60,000 nucleotides of DNA from assembly GCA_965235115.1 (NCBI GenBank), contig OZ249436.1:11038001-11098000 (forward strand), in the 5' to 3' direction. Positions 38,200 through 50,853 of the stretch are shown in pieces. Position 1 is the first letter of the stretch. Each line of letters opens with the position of its first letter. Source of the DNA: Laetmonice hystrix. Taxonomy: Eukaryota. A program made the position numbers and the translations under genes. The notes beneath the pieces are model-generated. The model searched no databases. It worked only from the letters and a program-made list of their open reading frames with translations, and was not told the DNA's origin.

Positions 38200-41000
38200 T
38201 TTGATGCAATCTTTCACGTGTTTCAAAGAACGGCAGAAGACCCAAAAAGACGTTCCCGACAGCCAATTCACCCAGCCTGCTCACATAACTCATTCTAAGA
38301 CTATGCTCACGTTACAATTGGTTGAGTAACTTTACAGAGACGGTTTGCCGTTTCCTGAAGCGCATTGCTTGCCTGGCGACCGGTTCGATGTAAAGAGGCG
38401 CCACTGTGCACGTCCTGTGTCACAGTGCCCTTTTGTTGGGAACAAAATCGACAAAATCAGTCCGAAATGCCCAGTGGGGATTACGTCTGAGCAGGCTGTT
38501 CCCAACTTAATGCTAACAAATGGATCCAACACGTTTTTTCTATGGGCCCCATTCATGTTAGCCACCAAAATGTCTAATGTCCTTTCCCTACAGATTGACA
38601 TGTGGTCCACAAGTAAAGGAGGACCACAGTCCTCGTTTTCTCCCTACTAACCGTATAATTCCATCATCTTGTTAGTATTATGGCCACTCCAGCGGCTGCA
38701 ATCTTGCTCATTGCATCTGAAGAGTCCTTATCAGGTTATCTTGCTAGGGTTTCATCCGTCTTGTGAAACGAGCCGTGACCTTGGTAGCCGGCCAGTCTAC
38801 AGCAGGCAGATCACATTGTTGGGAGTCCACTACTGCATGGTACAAGGTTCTTCCACCTTGCCAGCTCCACGTCTGGCCTTACAAGTTCTGGACTCACAAG
38901 TTCTTATCCTCGAGTTTCTAAAGCCAAAGTTTACAGAGCCGTTGCATGTACACGAAAAAAGCATCGGAAATCACTTTAGCTTAAAAATGTATTTTTTCAG
39001 CAGTTTTGGGTCACTAGTGATCCAAGATCCTTGAATTCCGTGTTTCGTAGTTGTATTTCTATGCATATACATCGGATCTGTTTACTTTGTAATCGAAATT
39101 ATAGCAGACGAGAGCAAAGTGTTAGGGCGATTCATCATCTTGCAGGCCGGTCATAGGTTTATTCCATTCAATAAACACTTACAGCTTTACATTAGAGTAA
39201 GGCTGCAGGCTCCGAGGGTACTGCTGCTTCCATACAATAAACACTTACAGCTTTACATCAGGTGCCATATCTCATAGTAAGGCTGCAGGCTCCGAGGGTA
39301 CTGCTGCTTCCATAGAGACAGATTAACGGAGACCACGATGGACGTTGTAATAGATTCTGACTGTGACAATGACCTACACAAATCATCAGCTCTTCTGTCA
39401 AATAGAAAAGAAATAAATTCAAACATCCTGTGAAAATTTCCTCCCGTCAGCCCACACGGCATGAAACGTTTCGCCATGGCGGCCGCGACTCACGCCTTCT
39501 CCAGGTCCAGTTTGCTGACACTGGCCTGATACAGCAGCCTCCTCCAGGTCCAGTTTGCTGACACTGGCCTGATACAGCAGCCTCCTCCAGGTCCAGTTTG
39601 CTGACACTGGCCTGATACGGCAGCCTCCTCCAGGTCCAGTTTGCTGACCCAGGCCTGATACGGCAGCCTCCTCCAGGCTACGTCAGCCCTCTGGAGAGGT
39701 TCTGCCCAGTTTTCGAACCACTGGAGATGTTCCAGAAATGCCATCTTATCGCACTGACCTGTTTTATTCAACAAATCCGATTTTCTCCAAGCATGGTATT
39801 GGAATTTGGCATCACCATTCTGCCATTCTGATGGATTGACGTCTACAGTTTTTGCCTCCAGAATTCTGCATGAATTTCGCCAGCAATCCTGTTTGGCCAG
39901 CTTAAACAAGTGGTCAGATCAGACCGTAAAATAACTAACTGAGGAATGTCTCATTAAATTGTTGTTTCCCAACTTGAACAAAATGCAATGATAAGCATCT
40001 TCATCCAGATAACCTTAAATTCTGGATAATAATAAGAACCTATTTTTGTCCTCCCATTATAATTTCACAGAACTGCTAGAACAGTTATTTGATCATTGGC
40101 AGAAGTGTCTTTATGAATCATAAGAGAAAGACGTGAACCGTCTCTCGAGTCCATCCAAAACAGTACCACTCCAGCTGTTCCTTCCTCATCCACCCATACC
40201 TTGTCCACAACTGCCCAAAATCTGTAGGTCAGAGAGGCAAAGCAATTCCCTCCAGTAGAAAGGGGATTTGTTTTACCTTATTCGGAGGGACTGTATTTTG
40301 TATCAGCCAAATCATTGCATTCATTTAACATTACGACCGGACACTGTGGTCAACAAAGAGTTTCCTGACCTCAAGCAGTCTTTTGAGGAACAGCTTTCAT
40401 TTCCTGCCCTGAACAACGGGAATTGATTCCATTACGCCCCAGTGCTTATCAGGCTAGTCCGGAACAAGTCATCCTGCCTGAAGCTAAAAAAGTAAGACAT
40501 TCAATTTTCTGGAAGGATCTTTATAGACATTGGAGAAAGTGGTTGTACTGGTGCAGCAATGCTGTCACGTATGAACGAGGGGGCTTGTCTCAGTCTAACA
40601 TAGACATTTCGTTGTCCCCCAGAAGTCCCATTTTGACTTGAGCGGCTTATAACAGAATCTTGCAGGGAATCAACAAAGGTTTTTGAATAACGTTTACTGC
40701 AGCAATATTGGCCGTGTATGATTTGGCTGGGAAAGAATGAAGTAAATCAGGAGTGAGTGCAAGTAATCGTCAGTCAATACCAGCATATATATCTCTGACA
40801 TCTACAGCTATAGTGTCCACACATCACAAATCCTTCCACGTTACGCCAGAAAACAAACACGGCATCTCCAATTTGGATTACGAGGATGGCGGAAAAAATC
40901 TCCCACAAATTAGATGGCAAGACAGACATCCATAATCTTTATTGGTGGTTTCGGATATTAATCCCACACCAAGCATCAAAATAAAAATGGAACAATTACA
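38200..41000 (-). mobile_element. Heavily decayed non-LTR retrotransposon (LINE ORF2) remnant; boundaries approximate
   Basis: Short minus-strand peptides occur in the expected EN-to-RT order: GDFFRHP (~40890), KLAKQDCWRN (~39875-39905), NFGFRNSR (~38910-38932). Many stops and frameshifts. Confidence 0.35.
39499..39677. repeat. 43-bp tandem repeat, ~4 copies
   Basis: ctccaggtccagtttgctgacactggcctgatacagcagcctc repeated. Confidence 0.9.
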
Positions 41001-41286
41001 GAACATTGATTTCACTTTAGAATTTACACAAACGGGAGAGAAAGACAATATACTGCTGAGTTTTCTCTATCTTAGTGTTCAGCTATTCCCATCTGTTGTT
41101 TGAACAGACTTCCGTTTCTGTGGTTGCCCTATTTAAAGACCCCAGTCAGTCCCTCCGGGTAAGTGACCTGTCCGTGACTCCAGGACCCATGCCAACCTCC
41201 TCAGTGGCCAGTGTGACCTGTCAGTGGACGTGTGACCCATCCATGGCTCCAGGGCAGGCTGCAGTCCTGACCGTCCCATACGTTAC

Positions 41287-41498
41287 TGTTGTTGACGAAG
41301 GAGCTCCAATGCCATCCGTCTGTGAGCCTGCTCTGTGCCACCTTCCTCTTCCTGCTCCCCTCCTGAATGACTTGCTCCTGACCCCTCCCGGCACGCTCCC
41401 TCCATCCCCACTAATGGCATCAACATCGGACCCAATATTTGGCCAGTAAACCATTCACATGTAGACGCCACTGATGATATTACTGAACATTCGTCCAT
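41287..41498 (-). CDS. Candidate alternative first coding exon (MDECSVISS...RRMALELLRQQ); alternative frame 41454-41282 (MVYWPNIG...SSTTV)
   Basis: GC-rich island with acceptor gcctacag near 41514 and donor CA|GTAACG (phase 2). The overlapping frame also ends phase 2 at AC|GTATGG, so the frame is ambiguous. Confidence 0.35.
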
Positions 41499-43252
41499 TT
41501 CGTCGATCACACTCTGTAGGCATATATTAAATTATTCCAATCGCAACTCAGGAAAATATCTAAGATCTTACAACCTTTCAGTTACGAAAAACTTCTTTTC
41601 CGCTAAATTTGATAATGTGCTGATAATTGTGCTTGCCCATAAGTTTCAAGCCGATGACCCTCTGCCCTACCTGACAGGCAGTGACCTAAACGTTGACCAT
41701 GTTTGATCATAAAAACCAATGTTTCCATGATGTTAACATTACGACCCCCATCCCTCGCCCTCCATGCATTATTGAGAGTGAGAGATCGGAATGACTCATG
41801 GCGAAGACCTCTGCCTCCCAAACCCTCATCCTTCCATCATCCCCAGCCGCTCCGACTACTGCGTTCTACAACCCCCAACAATTGGTTTTGACATCACCAC
41901 TCTGCTGTCTCTCTCCCCTCTGGGATCTTTCTCAGGCTCGTGCCATACTTCCCAACATTTGCTGCCTTCCTTCATTCCTTTCACTGATGAAATCTCTGTC
42001 TAGGGGAAGCAGTTGAGAACAGATTGCGACCTCAGTTTGTATCCAACAGTGAGAAAGATGTACATCTCTGTCAGAATCTGTCCAACTATCAGAACACAGA
42101 TACCATTTATATTGTGCCGCCTCTTCATGTACCAGTACCCATTATTTCGTCCCCGTTACTAGCAGGATTCCTGAGCTAGTTTTCCCGAGTGCAGTGTATT
42201 TTATCTTTTATACTTATCCCCATTATTCTGTAGGGATGTCCTTCCATTATGTTGCTGAAGAAAATCTTTGCCTTATTTTCGTTGTGTTTCCTCATTATTC
42301 TTGCTGCATCGCTTTACTAATAACACCTACGAGTATCTATTAGCTGTCCCGCCATGTGTGTCGGTTACAGGTTGACGTCGACTGTATCTAACATTGGAAA
42401 CAAAACCCCAGATCATTTGACTTAATTCTTTTTTCTGTTATTTTGAGACTCAATGCAAACACAGTCATGTACATTCAATGTGCATGTAATTGTAATCGAA
42501 CATAATTTTTTTCTACAAAATCATGAACACTGTTGTCATCCTTACACACGAATGTAGGTCAAATAAAATACGTTCTTTTTACAGTACCCATCATTGGCAC
42601 CCAGCATTTATTGTCGCCGGTTTACCTACACATTTCTGAATGTTATTTACATCATTTCTCTTTCGTAACAACTTAGTCCGAGCCGCAGCGTTGATTCAAT
42701 AATGTCATTATGACTTTCCTAACGACCCTCTTCATTACATTACTGCTACCATACGTATCGACGCAGGACTAAACAAATTGTATGCTTGACGTTACGTCTG
42801 TCTCCGCGCCCAGCTCTTCATTCAAAATCCTTTACACCCACAGAATATATCAATACTGCTGTAGATCTAATCCAAGCTACTATCATTATCTGACAGAATA
42901 TCACCAGAATATCTCAGCATGGTGGCAGACAGGCGGTGACAAAACGTATATTTGTCAAACTAACCTTTAATCAGATATTTGTACAAATAACAGTGTTTTA
43001 ATTTCGAGAGAAGCTAGAAAAACTAAAATTATGCAATCAAATGACCTCAAACTTTACCCGCAATAATTTTATTAATTTCTAATTGTTTACCACCATTCCC
43101 CTTCTGTCCCTCCCTGGACCACTAACCCCCCAGACCTCAACCAATTACCGATAACATCCACCGCCTCCACCAATATACCCCACAAGTCTTCTACAAGATT
43201 TCACCGTTTCACACTATTAGATACTATTAAAGAGAGCCACTGCAGCGACGTG

Positions 43253-43832
43253 ACCGAAACCAACACTGCCATTCAGTGCCCAGGTAGACACAAGCTACCG
43301 AAACCAACACTGCCATTCAGTGTGCCCAGGTAGACACAAGCTACCGAAACCAACACTGCCATTCAGTGTCCAGGTAGACACAAGCTACCGAAACCAACAC
43401 TGCCATTCAGTGCCCAGGTAGACACAAGCTACCGAAACCAACACTGCCATTCAGTGCCCAGGTAGACACAAGCTACCGAAACCAACACTGCCATTCAGTG
43501 TGCCCAGGTAGACACAAGCTACCGAAACCAACACTGCCATTCAGTGTGCCCCGGTAGACACAAGCTACCGAAACCAACACTGCCATTCAGTGCCCAGGTA
43601 GACACAAGCTACCGAAACCAACACTGCCATTCAGTGCCCAGGTAGACACAAGCTACCGAAACCAACACTGCCATTCAGTGTCCAGGTAGACACAAGCTAC
43701 CGAAACCAACACTGCCATTCAGTGCCCAGGTAGACACAAGCTACCGAAACCAACACTGCCATTCAGTGCCCAGGTAGACACAAGCTACCGAAACCAACAC
43801 TGCCATTCAGTGTGCCCAGGTAGACACAAGCT
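43253..43832. repeat. 44-bp minisatellite (43-46-bp variants), ~13 copies
   Basis: Tandem accgaaaccaacactgccattcagtgcccaggtagacacaagct. Confidence 0.95.
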
Positions 43833-46603
43833 TGTACTTAAAGCTCCACCTCAGTCAAGTGATCATCAGTTTAACACTGAATCATTGCATTACACCTTGA
43901 ACTCCCTCGCAACCAATCAGTTCCTCATACTTTATAGTCTTGAGAATCACGCCAAACGATGGCAGCTTTCTGAGGTAACACTGGCCTATAGCTCCATGTG
44001 TTCCTCCCTCATCCTCCGTCGATATGCTAACTGATATGTATACGCCTTGTGTAAATTTTAAACCAGAAGAAATTTCCAATTCTCCCTGTCCTGCCTGATG
44101 TTAGGAACTTTAAGAGTTCCAAGCCTATTCACTTTGTGACAATCCTTGGTAATTTTCGGAGCTGCTAATGCTGCTACAGGCTAACAAATCTCCTTCTCAC
44201 CTTCCCAAGCATACCAAGATCAAAGCCCTTGCAGAGATGACCTGACGGGGCCGACTGTTGCATGTAATGACTCCAGAGTCAGATCCTTGACGGTCGTCAA
44301 TCCGTCCTCCGACCCTTTAATCCAAGGACTGTGGGGTACACGTTCCTCCAAGCCGAGCGGTGATACGCTGTGTGCGCGCTCGCGGTGACATCAGGCACAC
44401 AGCTATGGAGAACCACGAATCGTTGGGGTGGCGCAGACCTCACCCTATTGTTGATGGCACGGGCGGGAGGCGGTGGCAGCGGCGTCAGTCCTCCTCAACA
44501 GTGGCCAACTCCTCACTACGAGCGGGTCCCAGTCCCCGAACGTTATCAACCAACGCCAAGCCGCTGTCCAATAGCAGCCCCGCAGTGTGTAGCTACTTGT
44601 AACCATGGTGATTGTCACCATAATCAGTATGGAGTCGGCGGGCTGGGACAAACTCGTTTGTGTGCATCTCCGCAAACAGGGACTGCTCAGCTTCTTGTAA
44701 TAGCTTGAATGCTTCTCAGAACATCAAAGTGAATCTATGAAAATCCTCATGAGAATCCCCCTATTTATTGACTGGCCATTCCCGCCAGCTTTGCTTTATC
44801 ACTGGAACACGAAGTCAATTTGTACGACAATTCCTACGTTATAACACTAAACATGGGTGTCAAATATCTCTTGCATATGTAGTTTGGCACTAAGCAGTGC
44901 ATACTATTGAATGAGTATCTCTGGCCATATTGACCACAATGCCGCATTATTTTTAACCAACTGGACCAAGCCCGATAACGCACGTATACAGCAGTGAAAC
45001 CTATTGGGAATCCGTAACTTTTTCAACACGACCACATCCTGATTTCTGGTCCAACTAAAAGGCCAGCTTTGTGAAAGGTTGTGCCACCGGCTCCAGCAGG
45101 TAATTCAGAACCTGCCTGGCCTTTATCACCAGGCCGTTTGCCATCAAAATGTCACTTGGTAGCCGCCCGATTTAACAGGCTAAACCTCAGCCCTAATCCC
45201 AATCTTAACCCTGCCAAGTGTTTCCTGGGTCAAATCAATAAATATGTTCTACACTGCACTGGTCTCATGGATCATCCGCGACCCGTGTTGATCGCAGGCC
45301 TCGGACAGGCTTGCTCCAGGCCTTGCCAAGTTCAAAGCACTTTTATTAGTGTTAATAATGTTGCTATTCCACCTACTGTAATTCGGATTCAAATGCCAAA
45401 TAATCTGCAATGATAGGAATCCAGACTGATGGAAGAGTCTCAGAGATGCTATCAGGTCCAAGTACCATTAAATGTGGTGTTATACAAACTCGCGTCGACT
45501 TGATATAAAAACCTACAATTCTGTCAACGGTCGCGTAATTAGAGCAAACACCTTGCCAACACGTGACGGTGGACTATCGCTATAATTATCTACCATTTTT
45601 ACGTGTTGGTCAACCAACTCTTGCTGACCAACTGGTGAAAGAACTGTTTGCCTATGTAAGATTAAACGTATCCACATCTGCAGGCCTGCCCACCCAGCGC
45701 GGCTCGTCCCAGTGGCCTTCATGTGGCCACCGAGCAGAGAAACCGTATAAAGTAGTATGTGAAATGTGGCCGATGTATCAGGTTCTGTAACGCTAACCGT
45801 CCCAGCGGTTTTCCAAACCAGTCATCCCCGTAAAAGCATTAATCCTGAAAAAACTGACTAACTCTGCTCTGTTTTTTTGGCTATGGCAATATATATAAAC
45901 CTGGGTGAACAATGAGGCATGTATACCATCTGACAAGATATTACCTTACCTCCTGACAATTTCTACAATAGATTGACCAGTAGCGTGGTGGGTGTGTTTA
46001 CGACGCCTCGGCTTGCTTCATTTCCCTCCAAGCTCTGTTACACGGCTTTTCAGTTTCATAATCTATATTTCAGCGTTAAAGACACACGTCCTAATATGAT
46101 CTGACTGGCGCCTAGACTCTACTGAAGCTCCTAGCTCCGTTCCGCGCAGACTTTTGATACCCACATTATTATTCAGACATCCAATGTTCCTCAAGTTTTC
46201 TCTCGGTCAATTTTCCTTTCGGAAATAGAAACATTTTTGTCAAAAAGCTCCACATCGATTCGGCTAGAATTTAAGGGACATTGTCGATAATAAAAGACAT
46301 TCTATTTTCTGACCTTTCACTTGCAATGCCCCGTTTTAAACGTCATATGGTTAACGACACGCTTCAAAAGGGTCCCTTCGAATGGAAAAACACTGGAGGT
46401 ACTGAGTATTTCTCCTCTATATCCTCATTTTGAACCTACATTCTACTTAGCTATATCAGCAGGGACGCCTATTATAGATCACTTTGGGCGTCTATCTACT
46501 ACTAGTGATATGAGACAAACGATGGATCTTTTTATGTGTGTGGGGCCTTCAATCTTCCTTCTGACACAAGTTCTAGTTGTAAAATAAAATAAAATCAGTT
46601 TAC

Positions 46604-46617
46604 CTTGAGCGAGCCAT
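46604..46617 (-). CDS. Micro N-terminal coding segment MARS[R/S] inside a 45-nt exon (46604-46648)
   Basis: ATG GCT CGC TCA AG|GTAAAC (phase 2). The exon is bounded upstream by a strong acceptor. Confidence 0.45.
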
Positions 46618-46642
46618 ACTGTTTCTGAGTGTCAAACGTGGT

Positions 46643-46670
46643 ACTTACCTGAAACATACAGAAACAACTA
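46643..46670 (-). other. Candidate recursive splice site
   Basis: ttgtttctgtatgtttcAG|GTAAGT (AG 46650-46649). Confidence 0.65.
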
Positions 46671-47177
46671 CACATCAACATCAAATCAAATAACACATGT
46701 CAAATATCATGCATCGACGTAAAACTTCACACCCAACATACGAAAGCATCGGTTTGAACCCATGACTAAAATCGTAAAATGTCAAATACCAAAGTTAAAA
46801 AGTCTGCTTTGGGCCGACTTTACCCACAAAGTTGGACATCGCATAATTCTATTAAAATATACAAATAACCATTAGACTCGGTCTGCAAGTTTAAAGAATT
46901 AACTCACTAATTACGTACACTTACTTACGTACAATTACGTAATATAATCTCTGATATTTAATATGTACTGATTGACGGAGACGTTCTCAAAGTGTCTGTG
47001 CACACAGCTCATTACTTCCCAATGTCACGCCTTTGTTTGATTGCGTTATTATTTCCCCCTTTTCTGAATGTTGTCATTTCAATTATTCTACAGCATATTC
47101 TCGTTGTCTTCCGGAGGCTTATAATTTCCAGGATTCCAAATGTAAAATTGACGAGATGAAATAGAGAGTCTGGAGAG

Positions 47178-48349
47178 TCTGTACGGTCTCTGCATGACCT
47201 CCTGACAGATCCCCAGACCACATTCCTCAACTCATCTTTACGGTCTCTGCATGACCTCCTGACGGATCCCCAGACAACATTCCTCAACTCATCTGTACGG
47301 TCTCTGCATGACCTCCTGACGGATCCCCAGACCACATTCCTCAACTCATCTGTACGGTCTCTGCATGACCTCCTGACGGATCCCCAGACAACATTCCTCA
47401 ACTCATCTGTACGGTCTCTGCATGACCTCCTGACAGATCCCCAGACCACATTCCTCAACTCATCTGTACGGTCTCTGCATGACCTCCTGACGGATCCCCA
47501 GACCACATTCCTCAACTCATCTGTACGGTCTCTGCATGACCTCCTGACGGATCCCCAGACCACATTCCTCAACTCATCTGTACGGTCTCTGCATGACCTC
47601 CTGACGGATCCCCAGACCACATTCCTCAACTCATCTGTACGGTCTCTGCATGACCTCCTGACGGATCCCCAGATCACATTCCTCAACCCATCTGTACGGT
47701 CTCTGCATGACCTCCTGACAGATCCCCAGACCACATTCCTCAACTCATCTGTACGGTCTCTCCACGACCTCCTGACGGATCCCCAGACCACATTCCTCAA
47801 CTCATCTGTACGGTCTCTGCATGACCTCCTGACGGATCCCCAGACCACATTCCTCAACTCATCTGTACGGTCTCTGCATGACCTCCTGACGGATCCCCAG
47901 ACCACATTCCTCAACTCATCTGTACGGTCTCTGCATGACCTCCTGACGGATCCCCAGACCACATTCCTCAACTCATCTGTACGGTCTCTGCATGACCTCC
48001 TGACGGATCCCCAGACAACATTCCTCAACCCATCTGTACGGTCTCTGCATGACCTCCTGACGGATCCCCCAGACCACATTCCTCAACTCATCTGTACGGT
48101 CTCTGCATGACCTCCTGACGGATCCCCAGACCACATTCCTCAACTCATCTGTACGGTCTCTGCATGACCTCCTGACAGATCCCCAGACCACATTCCTCAA
48201 CTCATCTGTACGGTCTCTCCACGACCTCCTGACGGATCCCCAGACCACATTCCTGAACTCATCTGTACGGTCTCTGCATGACCTCCTGACGGATCCCCAG
48301 ACCACATTCCTCAACTCATCTGTACGGTCTCTGCATGACCTCCTGACAG
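47178..48349. repeat. 57-bp minisatellite (~20 copies)
   Basis: Tandem tctgtacggtctctgcatgacctcctgacggatccccagaccacattcctcaactca, giving a 19-aa periodic ORF. Confidence 0.97.
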
Positions 48350-48741
48350 CCTAATCAATTTCTTCTCGATACGGTTTATCAACGACTCCTACATCTACTG
48401 ATATAGGGCGTTTTTTTCACCTGATTCCATCACTGGTGATTTTTACCAGGAGAAACCAAGTAAGGACGGCGAAATAGTCCGCCGAATATGACATTAGTCT
48501 CGACATATCCACAGACAGCGACCGCCGAGCATCAATCACACATAGCAACCGCCAGCGGCACGAGCCAATCAGATATGAGATAACAAGTTCAAGTCAGGAA
48601 CCTCCCTATAGGACGATAGAAACCGCCCTCAAAAATATCTATCTGAACTAATATAGCTGTCCTTGAGCCTCACACGTGTTCAGGTCAAAATGGTAAAAAT
48701 AGAAGCCAATACACATATACTAATATTGAACAACGTTGACC

Positions 48742-48984
48742 CAGTGGCATGGAGAGGGGGGCAGTGGGCGGGGGGGGGGGGGGGGGCTAGTGCCCCAGGG
48801 CTAGGGCCAATTGTGGGCCAAGTTGGCCCGGGCCAAGCTGGATTTCATTGGGGGATCCACGATTTTGATAAGGGGGGCCAACCTAAAAAGATATTTGCCT
48901 CGCTACGTTCGGGGAGGGGTAGGCCAGTAGGGGGACCCATGAGTTGTGCTGCCCCAGGGCCCGCCCTGGCTCTCGACGACACTG
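48742..48984. mobile_element. hAT-like MITE (243 bp)
   Basis: Imperfect TIRs CAGTGGCATGGAGAG / CTCTCGACGACACTG. Flanking 8-mers cgttgacc and cgttaaac match 6/8. Internal GCCCCAGGGC motifs and G-tracts. Confidence 0.65.
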
Positions 48985-50582
48985 CGTTAAACGAAAAGGT
49001 TTCGTTCAACTTCTGGTTGCTGGGTTTCCACTCCCTCTCAGACGAAGAATCTCAGACGAAGAATCTCATCAGGCCAAGTCAGCATTTTTCTGTTTTCCCG
49101 AGAATCAGCCTCCATAATCTGATCAGCATTTTTCTGGTCTGACGGGTTTCATTCCCCGGACTCCATTATTCATAGTTTCCGAATCCCTTCTCTGACAGAT
49201 GTAAAATTACCTAACACAAATCATGCTTTCTCACATTTTTCTCTTCAGTCCCATATTACGTCTGCCCCATCTTGAGTGATTCTACCAAAATGATTTACGT
49301 GAAAAACAGAACTTGGACAAAAGCTGCATTGCAGAGTCATTCGACGTTCTGGGAGTGGGCTGATGATCATGCCGACCCTCCATCAATTCCTGCCCAGCCA
49401 TCGGTCCGGCTCTGAGGGGCTTTATTCGGGATCTACATCTCGGACTATCAATATGCTGCACCCCGCCTGCAGGTGCACCGACCCATGGGGCTACTTCATA
49501 AGAGTAAGTGTTATTAGTACATGGACAGATTGTGGCCCAGCGAGAGGCCTGCTACTACTGGAGGTGTCTTCCAGGGTCAGCCGGGCACGAAGCTGCAGAA
49601 CGTCAATGAAAAACCTCCAGGGATTTTTCTTTTCTTTCTTTCGTTCATTAATAATTTCAAGGATCAGGACGAGCCGACATTTCTTTGTCCGTCCGACATG
49701 TGGACATAGGTGGTGGTCCTTTAAACAATTTAATCGCAAAGTGTAAGAAACAAATTCAAAATTTTCTGTTCTGGTATAAAAAAAAGTATAGGGTTGAAAA
49801 GGTCGCAACTTCTATTGGGACACTATAGTATAATCCATCTGTGGATTACACTGTTGACTTATATCCACATTGCTGTCTTAAAAGTGGGACGTTCAAACAA
49901 TGCAACTTAAAGTTTGCAACCTCCTTTGCCCGTCGAAAGACTACTACACTTGCTTTCATTTGATCTCTTTGGGAATGTTTTACAAAATACACAATCCGGT
50001 TATTACATCAGCTGACAATGAAAATAAGCTTACCTCAAAATGTTGGCAGCTAAAGTCATTGAAGCACTCAAAGCATCTTACAACTTTAAACCTCTTATGC
50101 TGTGAGCTGCTCTTAGCAACTAAAAGAAGTTCAAATCTCAGCTTTGATCTATTTGATAAAACCAGACTTTATTCCTGCCTCAAGTTATACTTCAACAAAA
50201 CACAATGTTATGCAAAAGCAACCAAAAAACCCCAGCTTTTATTGAAACTGAAACATCTAATCTTGTCTTGAAAAATCTTATCCATTTCCTTTGCCTCATG
50301 CCAGAGAACACAATAAAAGATTCCTAGACAGAAAACATCGTCCAGTGAACGCCGTGTTGCAACTGTGAGCGGGGTTGTTCCTGAACGTCGTGTGTCAGTA
50401 AATATTTCAGGTAATTTATACCAGGTAATAGAGACGTTCGCTAACTTCCACCAGACAGCGCACATATCAGGCTGGCAGGCGAGACTTCTACTGCACTCAT
50501 ACGTCAAATACGATCTCCATGTGCTATGGCGCCGCTCCCCGTCCAACAACCCGACAGACATCTACAAAGGCCATCTCAGTTT

Positions 50583-50853
50583 GGACAAGACTGCACAGAC
50601 AATGATCTCCACCATCCACTCGCCCAGTCGTGAGGACAAGACTGCACAGACAATGATCTCCACCATCCACTCGCCCAGTCGTGAGGACAAGACTGCACAG
50701 ACAATGACCACAGCTCCACCATCCACTCGCCCAGTCATGAGGAACAAGACTGCACAGACAATGATCACAACTCCACCATCCACTCGCCCAGTCATGAGGA
50801 CAAGACTGCACAGACAATGATCACAGCTCCACCATCCACTCGCCCAGTCATGA
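50583..50853. repeat. 51/57-bp tandem repeat, 5 copies
   Basis: ggacaagactgcacagacaatgat...ccatccactcgcccagtc repeated. Confidence 0.92.

Noticed and set aside
47012..48314. 355-aa Arg-rich ORF
   Set aside because: Read-through of the 57-bp array, with a frameshift inside it.
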